This document shows, piece by piece, positions 37,501-50,537 of a DNA stretch of 64,000 nucleotides; the stretch's first letter is position 1, and the number at the start of each line of letters is the position of its first letter. Made by a program: the position numbers and the translations under genes. Source of the stretch: Euprymna scolopes (lineage: Eukaryota). Below the pieces are notes generated by a model. It worked only from the letters and a program-made list of their open reading frames with translations, did no database searches and had not been told where the DNA came from. The stretch lies in assembly GCA_053919585.1 (NCBI GenBank), contig CM132805.1. One strand, 5' to 3'.

Positions 37501-40500
37501 CTACTAGCTTTTCTGGGCACTACAAGCGTTTCTGAGCACTACTAGCTTTTCTGGGCACTACTAGCTTTTCTCGACACTACTACCTTTTCTAGACACTACT
37601 AGCTTTTCTGGGCGCTACTAGCTTTTCTAGACAATACTAGCTTTTCTTGGCACTACTAGCTTTTCTCGACACTACTAGCTTTTCTCGGCACTACTATCTC
37701 TTCTGGGCACTACTAGCTTTTCTAGACACTACTAGCTTTTCTAGACACTACTAGCTTTTCTGGGCACTACTAGCTTTTCTCGACACTACTAGCTTTTCTG
37801 GGCACTACTAGCTTTTCTCGACACTACTAGCTTTTCTTGGCACTACTAGCTTTTCTCGACACTACTAACTTTTCTCGACACTACTAGCTTTTCTGGTGAC
37901 TACTAGCTTTTCTAGACACTACTAGCTTTTCTAGACACTACTAGCTTTTCTGGGCACTACTAGCTTTTCTCGACACTACTAGCTTTTCTGGGCACTACTA
38001 GCTTTTCTAGACACTACTAGCTTTTCTAGACACTACTAGCTTTTCTGGGCACTACTAGCTTTTCTGGGCACTACTAGCTTTTCTAGACACTACTAGCTTT
38101 TCTGGGCACTGCTAGCTTTTCTGGGCACTACTAGCTTTTCTAGACACTACTAGCTTTTCTCGACACTACTAGCTTTTCTGGGCACTACTAGCTTTTCAGG
38201 GCACTACTAGCTTTTCTAGACACTACTAGCTTTTCTCGACACTACTAGCTTTTCTGGGCACTACTAGCTTTTCTGGGCACTACTAGCTTTTCTAGAGAAT
38301 ACTAGCTTTTCTGTGCACTACTAGCTTTTCTCGACACTACTAGCTTTTCTGTGCACTACTAGCTTTTCTCGACACTACTAGCTTTTCTGGGCACTACTAG
38401 CTTTTCTGGGCAATACTAGCTTTTCTCGACACTACTAGCTTTACTGGGCACTACTAGCTTTTCTGGGCACTACTAGCTTTTCTAGGAACTACTAGCTCTT
38501 CTGGGCGCTACTAGCTTTTCTCGACACTACTAGCTTTTCTGGGCACTACTAGCTTTTCTGGGCACTACAAGCGTTTCTGGGCACTACTAGCTTTTCTGGG
38601 CACTACTAGTTTTTCTCGACACTACTACCTTTTCTAGACACTACTAGCTTTTCTGGGCGCTACTAGCTTTTCTAGACAATACTAGCTTTTCTTGGCACTA
38701 CTAGCTTTTCTGGGTACTACTAGCTTTTCTAGACACTACTAGCTTTTCTAGACACTACTAGCTTTTCTCGGCACTACTAGCTTTTCTAGACAATATTAGC
38801 TTTTCTGGGCACTACTAGCTTTTCTGGGCACTACTAGCTTTTCTAGACAATACTAGCTTTTCTGGCACTACTAGCTTTTCTGGGCACTACTAGCTTTTCT
38901 GTGCACTACTAGCTTTTCTGGGCACTACTAGCTTTTCTGGGCACTACTAGCTTTTCTAGACACTACTGGCTTTTCTCGACACTACTAGCTTTTCTAGACA
39001 CTACTAGCTTTTCTGGGCACTACTAGCTTTTCTGGGCACTACTAGCTTTTCTAGACACTACTAGCTTTTCTAGACAATACTAGCTTTTGTCGACACTACT
39101 AGCTTTTTTGGACACTACTAGCTTTTCTTGGCAATACTAGCTTTTCTGGACACTACTAGCTTTTTTAGACAATACTAGCTTTTCTGGGCACTACTAGCTT
39201 TTCTGGGCACTACTAGCTTTTCTAGACAATACTAGCTTTTCTGGGCACTACTAGCTTTTCTAGGCACCACTAGCTTTTCAGGGCACTCCTAGCCTTTCTA
39301 GACAATACTAGGTTTTCTGGGCACTACTAGCTTTTCTGGACACTACTAGCTTTTCTGGACGCTACTAGCTTTTCTGTGCACTACTAGCTATTCTGGTACT
39401 ACTAGCTATTTATACTACGTAGTAAACTACTAGGTTCTCAAACAATGTGAGATACTACTCCGTCTTAAACCACTGCTAGACACTACTAACTTCCCAAACA
39501 ACATTAAATACTGCTAGCTTTTCAAAATCTTTACTCTACGAGCTACTCAAACACTGATAGACAATACTAGGACCTCGACCTCCGCGAGACACTACTAGCT
39601 CCTAAATCAACGTAAGACACTACTAGCTTCTGAAACAACGTATGACACCACTAGCTTCTCATGCAATGCTAGACATTACTGGCGTCTTAAACAACGCTAG
39701 ATACTTTTATCTTCTCAAACAACGTTAGACACTACTACTTATCAGATAAAGCTAAACACTAGTAGCTTTTCAAACAAAGCAAAACACTACTATCTCTTAA
39801 ACAACGGCTAGATATCACTAGCGTCCTAAACAACGCTAGACACTTTGAGCTTCTAAAACAACGCTAGACACTTTTCAAAAAATGCTAGAAACTACTAGCT
39901 CAGTGCTGGACACAACAAACTTCTCGGAAAACGTAAGACACTATTAGCTTCCTAAACATAATACTAGCTTCTCAAACACTGCTGGGCACTACTAGCTTGT
40001 AAAACACTGCTAGTCACTACCAGATTCTCAAATGTGAGGCACAGCCAGCAGTTTAAAAACCGCTGACACTGCTAGCTTCTCATACAACACTAAGCACTAT
40101 TAGCTTCTCAAAAAACGCAAGGCACTAAAACTGCTTGAAACTAACAGCTTCTTGAACACTGCTGGACAATAAAAGCTTCTCAAATACTACTAGACATTAC
40201 CAGCTGCTCAAACAACGCAAACACAACTTGGTCACTTACACTTGACCTTACTAGACTCTCAAACTTCGTTAGACACTACTAGCATCTAAAACAACGTTAG
40301 ACACTTCTAGTTTCTTAGATTACGCTAGACGCTGCCAGTTCCTAAAATAATGCTAGACACGCTTACCTTCTCAAAAACTGCTGAACACTTCCACACTTGT
40401 AAAAACTGCTTGGCACTACTCACTACTCAAACAGCGACTGACAGTACTAGCTTCCTAAACAATACTAGACAGTTTTAGCTTCTCAAACAACGCTACGAAA

Positions 40501-40842
40501 TTTTAGCTTCTTACGCACTGCTAGATACCACTAGTTTCTTAAACACTTAAACTAGCTTATCAAACAATGCTAGACACTACTAGATTCTCAAACACTCTAC
40601 GTCACCACAGGCTTCTAAGACAAAGCTAGAATCTCTAAAAGCTTCTCAATTACACTACTAGCTTTTATAACACTGCAAGACACTGGCAGATGTTCAAACA
40701 ACATTGGAGGCTGCTAGTTTCTCAAACAACTCTAGAAACTACAAACTTGTCAAACAACTCTAGAAACTACAAACTTGTCAAACAACGCTAGATACTACTT
40801 GCTTCGTAAACACTGCTAGACACTACTAGCTTCTCAAACAAC
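34580..40842. repeat. Degenerate ~28-bp tandem array enclosing a homogeneous 19-bp array
   Basis: Diverged acactactagcttctcaaacaacgctag units at 34580-34950 and 39400-40842. Confidence 0.9.
34951..39395. repeat. 19-bp satellite cactactagcttttct(ggg/cga/aga), about 234 units
   Basis: Period of 19 read directly; variation concentrated in the last three bases. Confidence 0.97.
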
Positions 40843-40879
40843 GATCGTCGAAATCATTGGTGTCATCCCCGCATTACTC

Positions 40880-41886
40880 GTCTACAAGGAGATTTTTACC
40901 GTTTATGGTATTGTCAAAATTACATGTGAATAGAAATATATGTTCTTCATCAAAGTTCTCAACGTTTTTTATGGAGTCCATTTTAGAGCATTTATATCGA
41001 CATTGGAAACTTTTGTGGTTGAGTCGTCCACAATTATAGCAGATAATTTTATTCTTTTTCTTGGAAAATTACTTTGGGGGAAAACATTGCGGTGAGATGC
41101 GCAATTTGGTGATATATGTTTCCGAGAAGCATTTTTGAACTTCATGATATTGCTGGAGTTATTATTGTCCACGAGCATCCGATTCGTCTCTTCGTAACTG
41201 CGCAATGCCGCTTTAAATTCACTGATATTTATGGGTTTGTCTTTTTGCGTTATAACAGTTGTAAATGGTTTAAAATCGGCTGGAAGTCCCTTGAAGGTCA
41301 TTGATAGCAACAAGCTATCGCTTATTATTTCACCTGAGAGTTTTAAGGCATTGGCGGTTGTTTCTGCCCTTATAACGTAGTCGATAATAATTTCATCCTC
41401 GTTTCCATTTTGATAAATAATGTTCTCTTAACAGGTTCAATGCTTTCTGACCATCATTCAAGGCATCTTTTATAATCAGAGACAGACTTTTGTCGTTTAA
41501 GCATTGAATCAGTAATTCGGGGTCGTTAGGATTCTCTGTTGGAAATTGTATCACTTTGTGTAGTTACCGAATCCTTAGATACCCCAGAAATTTTACCTGC
41601 CACAATTCGAACTTAGATTCCGAACCGTCAAAGAAAAGACGATGGCTGGGCGCATAACCTGTTAAGTGTTGAGACATTGTGTTGAACAAAGATGGCGGTG
41701 AAGATTCAGTGCAGTCTCGAGCTTGAGTGTTAAGTAATTGCCAATAACAAAGATGGCGGGGAAGAATGAAAAGCAGGTTCGTAACGCAAACAACGGCGAA
41801 CTAATTTAATCCAAAATTCGACAATTTTTATAGAAACTTTGGAAGCTTTTCATTGGTTGGTTATTATAACTTGTGGTTATAAAAAA
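40880..41886 (-). mobile_element. 5' fragment of a Copia/Ty1 LTR retrotransposon (LTR, PBS, degenerate gag)
   Basis: Minus strand ...aaca then ggttatgcgccc (41649-41660), resembling the Copia GGTTATGGGCCC PBS. Gag-like KGLPADFKPFTTVITQKDK..EFKAALRSYEE, truncated at LLVD. Confidence 0.8.
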
Positions 41887-42196
41887 GATCGTCGAAATCA
41901 TTGGTGTCATACCCCTCATTAGGAGTCAAAAACATTTAACATATACGTTACAATATAATGTTGAGCCTCCACAGACAGGTTCCACCCCCATAGAAAGCAT
42001 ACCTTATCCTTGTGCCTGTCAGATGGAGGGTATTTTGTGCATATATGAACCTTCATTTGTTGGATATGATAATTTCACTGACGACCTACTTTTCTAACCA
42101 ACTTACAACATTCCAGACATGATGCGTTTAATCTGAAACCGAAAGCATTATGCCAACGATGGTCGAAAGGCGCGGACGTAAAGGAAAACAGACGGA

Positions 42197-42370
42197 TGGA
42201 TATTTACTGTACCAGAATACACATTCCTTGGTCCCGGAACAGACCTAGACAAAATACGGTATTGTACGGCGGTGAACAAACTTGACCAAGCGGCAAAATA
42301 TCACGACCTAAATTACTAAAACCCGCATAAATGGACACGACAAGCCGATGCCAGATTCTTTAGAGACACT
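42197..42370 (+). pseudogene. Endogenous viral fragment: parvovirus-type phospholipase A2 domain
   Basis: FTVPEYTFLGPGTDLDKIRYCTAVNKLDQAAKYHDLNY*NPHKWTRQADARFF: calcium loop YxxxGPG, catalytic DxxAxxHDxxY and downstream ADxxF, with one in-frame stop. Confidence 0.8.
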
Positions 42371-45300
42371 GAGGAATAAGATTACTCAGGGCCATCAGCC
42401 AAGCAGATATCAGAGATAAAAACTACCTTGGACTCGATTCAACTTTCAGAAACACTAACTCCACCAACTGCGTTGGCACTGATGTAATAGGTCGAACACA
42501 AGGAAGTGTCGATCTATTTATTTAGTTATCTATTTCTGTATCTAATCATTTCGGTCTATCTATCTATATATCTAACTGGAGAGATAGACGGGAGTTGAAT
42601 ATAAAGAATCTTTATAAGATCTGTCAAAATATGATAAAATTTTATTATAGACAAAGTTTACCGGAAGAGCTGGTCAGCTGATCAGACCCAATAGTGAGTC
42701 ACGTGATCAGGTTATCTGGAGATTGAGAATTGGAATTTGGTCGTTGAGCAGAGCGGACGGTTTAACAGGTCGTCCCCCCCTTCAGTGAGGGAGGGAGCTG
42801 ACGTGTGTGAAAATAGAGACATAGAAATAACCACGCAAGCAAAGAATTCATTTCCATTCTTCTGCGATCAACACCTGAAAAGTGAATAAAAACTATATAA
42901 AATACAATCGGCTTTCTTGGAGTCAATGTAATTCGTCCAAACAGGTTCCCGCCTCCTCTCCAAGAACAAGAGGAATTCCAGGTTGACAAGATCAAAGACG
43001 AATGAAGGCATGTCAAAAATGCATCACACACACACATACACATACACATACACATATCCGCATATGAACAATTAGATATGAACATATCGTAGACAGTAAC
43101 AACAGGGTTCAAACAGTGAAGAATCACCAACAATAGACATTTACTGACACGTATACACATCAGGATGAACCTTTCGTCTCAAGTACGCATATCAATATTT
43201 AGACGACTAGGCAACATACACTGTTTGGTGCATTTTTGGTACACGAGAATACAACATACCCCTTTTTGGTGTCCGTGATCATTATTTATTCCGCAAGAAT
43301 AAAAAAACGAACCATACCATGAAACACAACAAAGAAGGGTCCTTTGAAAAAAAAGATAGACACCACGGAAAAAAGAGGGGAATTGTTCTGAAGACGAAAA
43401 TAGACATTAAAATTATATAGAAATAATTTTACATGCTAAATTAATAAGACAAAAGGTAGAACGATAGACACGAAAACACGTATACATAAAGAAAAATAAA
43501 CAGAGGAACGGTACGTTATAAAAAAAAGTTAACTGTGTAGAAAAAAATAAGAATAAGGATACAAAAAAAAAGATAGAACGATAGGCATAAAAATAGAAAA
43601 ATTGTTGATTGCAAACACGGAAAATAGAAGACGAAAAAATATTGTAAAAAACAGAAAGAAAGAAAAAAAGAAATAGAAGATAACATATGATTTTTAGTGT
43701 GGTTAAAAAGCCCTGTCAGCTTAAGAGAAATATGTCAATCAAAAAAGTTTGTTATGGAATTCCGCATGTTGTAAGTGTTGCAATTGTAAATTGTAAAACT
43801 CGGTGTTCTTTTTGTGTGAAACAATGGACAATTTCTGCCAATGTGAATTTTTTTTTCCAATTTGTATCGTGTTATTTTTTTAGGATTTTTTTTTTCTGGT
43901 GACTGGGAAAATGTTGTTCATTGTATGTAAATGAATGTAAACTGTATAATGAAATTTAAATATTATGTAATTTAGAATAGAAAATGAATGTTTTTAGATT
44001 AAGTAAAAAACAAGTCTCGTCTAAAAGGGATTGTGTTTTATGGGTGATTGAAAAAATCACTTGTTCTTGGTGTGACAGAGGGACTGATGACGTGGCATCC
44101 AGCAAAAGTTTCGCTACTGATTAATTCAATTATGCATGTGTATGTGTTTAAAGGAACAATTTTGAATTTTTTTGTGTGTGAATAGTAAAAGGTGATTTAT
44201 TTTATTTTTCAGACAATTTTAGTCTCCATGTTATTTTGTTGTTGAACTTTTATTTTGATGAAGGATTGTCTAGAAGTTTATAAGTGAATTTTTTTTTTTT
44301 TTTTGGAAACGACTATGTATTTTAATTGTAAATGTCTATGTATTTTTTTTAAACGACTGTGATATTTTTTTATTTTTGATGATATACAGTGGAATAGTGA
44401 ATGCAGCCGGCCTCAGAATTTGCTGACGTAGACAATTTTGGTGTGACACGGATCTGTGTTTTGTTTTTTGGACTTTTATTCTTGGAAAGATGAGACTTTG
44501 TGGATGCTTATAAGGAATATTTTTATTATTATTTGTATGTAATTGCTGTTTTCTCGAATCATTCTTGTGCAGTTTGTTTTGTTTTGTTTTTTTTGTTCTT
44601 TGACATGTATTTTTTCGAAGAATGGAAAGTCGAGTGATCTTTGTCTTGTAAGATTTTTTAAATTATGATTAATTTAAAAGNNNNNNNNNNNNNNNNNNNN
44701 NNNNNNNNNNNNNNNNNNNNNNNNNNNNNNNNNNNNNNNNNNNNNNNNNNNNNNNNNNNNNNNNNNNNNNNNNNNNNNNNNNNNNNNNNNNNNNNNNNNN
44801 NNNNNNNNNNNNNNNNNNNNNNNNNNNNNNNNNNNNNNNNNNNNNNNNNNNNNNNAGAAAGTTTAAGCAGTGTACCGAAGTAAAAAAAAAAAAGACAGAC
44901 TACTGGGTTATGAGTAAGGGGGCAACTAGTTCTTGAGCTTTGGAAGAGTCAAAGGTTCAGTCGGTATTTGTACTAGTTTTTGAGAAAGTCGCGATTTTTT
45001 TTTTTCGTGGGATTTTTCTCCGGATTCGTAATTCGGCGGGAGACATAGGAAAATGCTCTCGTAATGTTATAAGGAAAATCTTTTGTCTTGTAGGGGTCAT
45101 GTGCTTATGGAAGCGCGTTATAGCTGTGACGAGAGATTATCGTGATGGGGCCATGCTGTCGGTCTACGGACGTTTGTAAAAGCTCATTCTTGAGGATAAA
45201 GGATGCCTCAGCGATATGCACGGACAACCATGATGGCACTGGGCCATTGTGTTTCGACCATTCAGGTGTGACGATGATGTAGAATAAATAGAACCGACAT

Positions 45301-45725
45301 GAGTGACGTTTTGACCAAATAAGTTAAGGTAGAAACAAAGGTTAGATACTTAGTTAAATAAACTAGATGAACAAATTGAAAGAAAAATTTGGGACTTGAA
45401 TCGAATTTAATTTTTGTAACGTATGGTCAGCATATGTCAGAATTTTAGAGAGGTGTTCAATTACGTGAGCAGTTATTTATTTCGTTATTCTGGAGGAGTG
45501 ATTCGAATTTTATTTATTCAACATGGAGCAAATTTGAGTGCTTCATGTGTGGAAATCCGATGTTTTCCGCGAAGCTATTTGTCTTGAAGGCAGGTTACGA
45601 TTACCAAATTTGAAAAAAAAAAGTTTTTTTGACATGGCAGAGAATGGAAGATATTACGTCCAGCGTGAGCGGATCTAGTTTTTAATCAACTTCAGGGAAC
45701 AAATGAAATGCTCCCTGACATGGCG

Positions 45726-45997
45726 GTCCTGGATATGACCTTAAACTATATCCGATGGTGAGGCCCCAGCTTGCGGGCTTTGGGGAGTGTGGAGCCACCT
45801 CTAAAGTGCCATTGCTCCTAGGTCGACTCGGACCCGGAGTGGTAGCACCTGTTAGGGTGCCAACTATGGGTTAAATATAAATCAACTTAAAAAATATATT
45901 CTATTAAAAACTTTTTCTTCAAAATCACTGGATTCGGCATTTAATAACCTGAAAAGAGTTGATATGCCGTAAAAAAAAACAACTAAACAATCAACAA
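45726..45997 (+). mobile_element. SINE-like retroposon with 13-bp target-site duplication
   Basis: ccctgacatggcg at 45713-45725 and 45998-46010; A/CAA-rich tail. Confidence 0.9.
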
Positions 45998-46714
45998 CCC
46001 TGACATGGCGTAAGGGGTAGAGGGGGTGCAATGGCAGATGTAGCCATTATGTTGCGAATCACTCAAGAGAAGATGAATGAAATATATATGTCCAGGTACT
46101 TTGAAAAATAGAGTGCTGAACACCATAAAGAGTAGAAGAGGTTGTTTGTGTCCCAAAAAATATTAGTAATATTATTGTAGGTTAATGATGAAAAAGGGTG
46201 GCGGCATATAGACATTTAGCTAAAAATAGATGCTAAAAATTTGCACAAGGAATAGGCAAGTTATCTCTCAATAAATGACCAATCAATAAAATAAATTAAA
46301 CTCTCTGAATCAATGTTAAATCTGTAAATGAGATTTATAACTCATTATGTGGCCCTTCTCAGTCTTATGTTGTAAATGAACAACTTTTAATACTAAAAAA
46401 TACAATTTGTGCTTGTTTCATTTTTTATTGTAAAAAAAATTAAAAGAATCAGTTTAGAATCAGAAATTAGACTAAAATTTTTCCGATACCGATACCGATT
46501 CTGATATCCAAAAAAGTTCACATTTTTCCAATTCCCGATTCTGATTAATCGTCCCAACACTAAAAATAATACGAGATTTCGTCTCTAGGGAGATAATCAT
46601 TTGTTACTGAATCCATTCAATAGAAATGATATAAATAATAATGAGATTGATTGACCATTGCTACACACCGTATCCAAGACCCAAAAGAGTCGACGTCGAT
46701 TTTAATCAGTGAAA

Positions 46715-46757
46715 ATGAAATTCGCAGTCATTTTGATGATGTTTGTTTTTTCGATGA
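46715..46757 (+). pseudogene. Cys-rich peptide gene copy C, exon 1 (signal peptide MKFAVILMMFVFSM); exon intact, gene probably pseudogenised
   Basis: gaaaATG...TCGATGA|gtaagt, 43 nt, phase 1; TATAAATA at 46630-46637. Confidence 0.78.
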
Positions 46758-47059
46758 GTAAGTAGAAATTGATATTTTTAAAGCGAAAAACAAAATGTCT
46801 TCTTTTCATTTAATTTTCTTGAATCAGTATGAAACGATTTTTGACCAGTTTCATCCTTTGTTACCGGCGTGATTCTTTTCTCTATTCGCTAAAAATTTAC
46901 AACAAAACATGTATAAAACAATATCTGCTGNNNNNNNNNNNNNNNNNNNNNNNNNNNNNNNNNNNNNNNNNNNNNNNNNNNNNNNNNNNNNNNNNNNNNN
47001 NNNNNNNNNNNNNNNNNNNNNNNNNNNNNNNNNNNNNNNNNNNNNNNNNNNNNNNNNNN

Positions 47060-48118
47060 GGCGAATACACGGCGGATGGCGGCGATCAGGTCATGTTGGT
47101 AATGTTCTCGAAACGAAGTAGTCCAGCGGGTTCAGGTCAGGGGAGGAGGGAGCCAATAAGAGTGGGGTACAAAGTCGTAGCACTCCTTCTGAAGGCAAGC
47201 CTGGGCCTCTTTGGAGTTGTGGGGCGACGGTGAATCCTACTGCCACACTCAGAGTCTGCAAACGGCCACCTAATTGCACCGAAGGATCACCACACTCTTC
47301 TTTGGTGTTGACTTTCAAGCCGATTTCGAAAATGTGAGGTGGCATGATGTGGCCTGTCCCATCGACAAAATGTTGCATCCCTCTGCCTGTTTTATTGGTA
47401 TTTAATGGTGGATGCTCTGACGAACTACAAGCCCTTGTACCCCGCCCCTCGACGAAAATACTACCGACAAACTCGAAAAGCAGCGAAGTCTCACCCCTAC
47501 ACAGTCGAGATCACTAGATATAAGAAAGCCCTTTACTCTAATAGCTTCTTCCCCAGAACTGCAAGACTTTGAAATTCTCTTCCGGTATTCTGCTTCCTCA
47601 ACTGTACTGATATACAAGTGTAATGTGAACACACATCTTGCTGCTAAACTCCCCGCATAGTACCCCTGTAACTTAGGTCTCTGATAGTAGTCTCCTACAT
47701 CAAAGTAGCAATGTGCCTTGTTTGGAGTGAAAATGTAATTTTTAAAAAATAGCCTTCACTTGAAAACACACCAAAACCATAATCGTGGCCGGAAACTTTT
47801 TTTTCATCATTCTGGGCACGTCAATGTTATTCATGGCAACCTGCGATGCATTTTGAGGCAGCTGGCAATGGTCTTGTCATAACTTTGATCTGTAGAGCGC
47901 ATGAATTGTACAGCGCAGCGGCGCATCTACGATCTCGCTCGTTGAATATTATGTCACTTTCAGGCGTAATACAAGGCTCCTATCGCTCTTGGGATTTGTA
48001 CACAACTAGCCAACAATTAGATGGTCTGCGACAAAAAAAAAAGAAAACCAGTTTTCATTAAACGGAAATGGAATCATTCGTCTTTTCTAGAGCAACAATT
48101 TTATCGTTCCACCCTGTA
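47060..48118 (-). mobile_element. DD37D maT-like mariner remnant, copy C, interrupted by a LINE
   Basis: Minus strand WQ*D-SPSPHNSKEAQACLQKECYDFVPHSYW.PSSPDLNPL-DY gives 37 residues between the last two Asp (one frameshift). TIR ends accctg-ta. Confidence 0.85.
47356..47751 (+). mobile_element. 5'-truncated family 2 LINE nested in the mariner
   Basis: Matches the 3' end of 32400-32768. Mariner sequence resumes on both sides; gcct flanks. Confidence 0.85.
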
Positions 48119-48119
48119 C

Positions 48120-48430
48120 TTTTTTTTACACGGTGGTCACCACTTATCAAGGCCCGGAAGCCACTCAGGGATAAGGGTTATTGCAAGTACAGTACGTTAG
48201 TGTGGAGATTTAATAAAATGTCTACTTAAGAGGGCGGTTCATCAGGAATTTGTTTACGTTGGACGAAGACATCCGGGTTGTAGTCAGGTGGGAAGCAGGC
48301 AGATGGAACAGAGTTCCACAGGCGTGCAGTTCTAAAAAAGAAGTTTTGTTCATGGAATCCACGTTTTGATTTAGGCACAGATAAAGAGTGGGGAAAATTT
48401 TTGACAGTGGATTCAGCTAGACGGGTGTCA
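48120..48430 (-). mobile_element. 5'-truncated family 1 LINE
   Basis: Highly similar to 2962-3280 (TRLAESTVKNFPHSLSVPKSKRGFHEQ), with a poly-T. Confidence 0.88.
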
Positions 48431-48599
48431 TCCAAGACTGGAGAGGCCTCCCTCCCCTTATGCTTAGTTTCAGAGTTTCCTTCTCCTATACGGGTGATCT
48501 GAGAAGATCTACTGGGTCCATCAGCCCTGAGAGGGTTTGCTCCGCGCCTGGGTCCTAATCCAGGTATTTCTGCGACCCCGCGTGGTTAGTTAATGTTAC

Positions 48600-49800
48600 A
48601 TGTTAGTTTGTAGAGGTTATATATCTAATGAATAGTTACACTTCTCAAAGTGATTTAGGGACATTACTATTTCATTGTTAATTAAGGAGCAAAAAAAAAA
48701 ATGAAGTGGAAGCAACTATATGAGCAAACTTTTTAGAAAGGCATTAGTGTAGATTAAGACTTTTACCTTTAGATTTTTTCATTTTTTTTTTTTCAATTTA
48801 TATGTTAGTTTAGGTACAGGATAACGTTATAGTGTGAATAGGTATTAGGAATTGAGCTAAGAATTTTGCCCAGTCACTGCATATTTTAGATTACAGGAGA
48901 GTTAAGATGTAGGTGCAGTACAGTGCGGGTATAGCTGGAGGTAAATTTTAAGCTATGGCGTATTCCGTATGTATAATTAACTTAATAGATATTTGAGCAA
49001 GTTTTCAGTAGATGCGAATTGATAGAAGTTGTAGGTGTTAGTGTGTTTCTACTATTGAAGGAAGATAATTTCAGTTTTCATTTAAGAGTCATCGAGCGTT
49101 TTGCATAACAGGCAATATCGGATTTCGTTTTGTATTGATCGTGTCAAAACCATCTGGGAAGAGATATCGTTATGTAATGAAGATCGCTTTGTATCTGAGT
49201 GCATACTTTGGTTTGTAAGTACCAAACTGGAAAAGAATGAACTCTAATGCATGCCTTAGAGGTAAAAATGTATAGATGTTTGGTGAAGACTGTTAGGTGG
49301 TCATCATGTGAAGGTTAGGAGCTGGAGGCTAAGGATTCCACTACTAAGGCGCGTGTAATGTAGAGTTTTAGTGGCATCTAGAGGGGAGAGCAGATTGTTA
49401 GCTTTCAAGGAACGGGGTTATTAACTTACAGAATACAGTAGAGTTTCATTAGAATTTATATTTTCAAGTAATGTTTTAGTTTAGGAGAAAAGAAAAGAAA
49501 TTTCCTTGTTTTCGCCTATTTAGCGTGCAGGTTAGACATAGGCAGTCGTCTTGGAGGTAAAGAGAAACAATTATTACGTGCTGATTCGGAATTCGTATTT
49601 ATAACAAGTCATTAAGATCAGGGACAAAACATTGTATCTATACAGAAAATAGTACTAGTGACACAGCTAAAATCACTGTAGATTTCAGTTATAATTAAAG
49701 TAACAGTTAATTATAAGCTATATCCAGTGCTTTGGTAGAGATATCAACGAGGCCTCTTTATAAATACACGCGAGCATATGGTAATTGTAGATATTAAGTA
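48600..49800 (-). mobile_element. Possible highly degenerate non-LTR fragment (endonuclease region)
   Basis: Minus strand KVCTQIQSDLHYITISL near 49140-49200 resembles the APE SDH motif. Many stops; boundaries rough. Confidence 0.3.
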
Positions 49801-50537
49801 TATTACTCAAATAAAGTTCTTCTGACTTCTACGGTAGAAAAAATACATCCACGTTTGTGCTAATTTCGGAAAATTTATCCTGCCGAAGGTATATTTATAT
49901 CTCTAGCCTTCCTTAGTACAGAGCATGGAATTAATCATTTATTAAAGCTGGGAGAGAACGTGGTTGGTGTTTTGCTGGGGGAGAATTTAAAACTAAACAA
50001 GGAAACAAAAATAAAGACAAATGCATATATAAATTATTCAAATACACATAATTACAAATTACAAAATGAAAGAAATTTAAAAGAGAAGAAATAATAAAGT
50101 TAGTATTTTTTAAGACAAGGATGAATTAGGATAACACTTTGATCTTTAAATTGTGAAAATATTTTAACCGGCTAAAGACCCAATAAATAGGGGTCCGTAA
50201 AAATCCAACCATTTTAGGCCTCTAGCGCCACTCACCAACTTTTAGTTTCGGAGGAGATAGAGTTTGAAAATATGGACACAGCAAACCGACAGACAGGCCG
50301 AGAGAAGGCATATGGCTGTTTATATTTTANNNNNNNNNNNNNNNNNNNNNNNNNNNNNNNNNNNNNNNNNNNNNNNNNNNNNNNNNNNNNNNNNNNNNNN
50401 NNNNNNNNNNNNNNNNNNNNNNNNNNNNNNNNNNNNNNNNNNNNNNNNNNNNNNNNNNNNNNNNNNNNNTAAATTGCTGCTATCTTAATCTTAAAGCCTA
50501 CCATTATAGTATTGACGTATAAACTGTGTAAATATTG

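Noticed and set aside
42600-45700. Possible LTR and PBS-like motifs (42738, 43266) and adjacent repeat-like sequence
   Set aside because: No paired LTR or recognisable protein motif was found by eye.
3624-50469. Eight N runs of ~130-190 nt and the ORFs spanning them
   Set aside because: Unknown sequence; nothing can be called. Some stand in for longer paralogous segments, and none lies where copy B's exon 3 would be.
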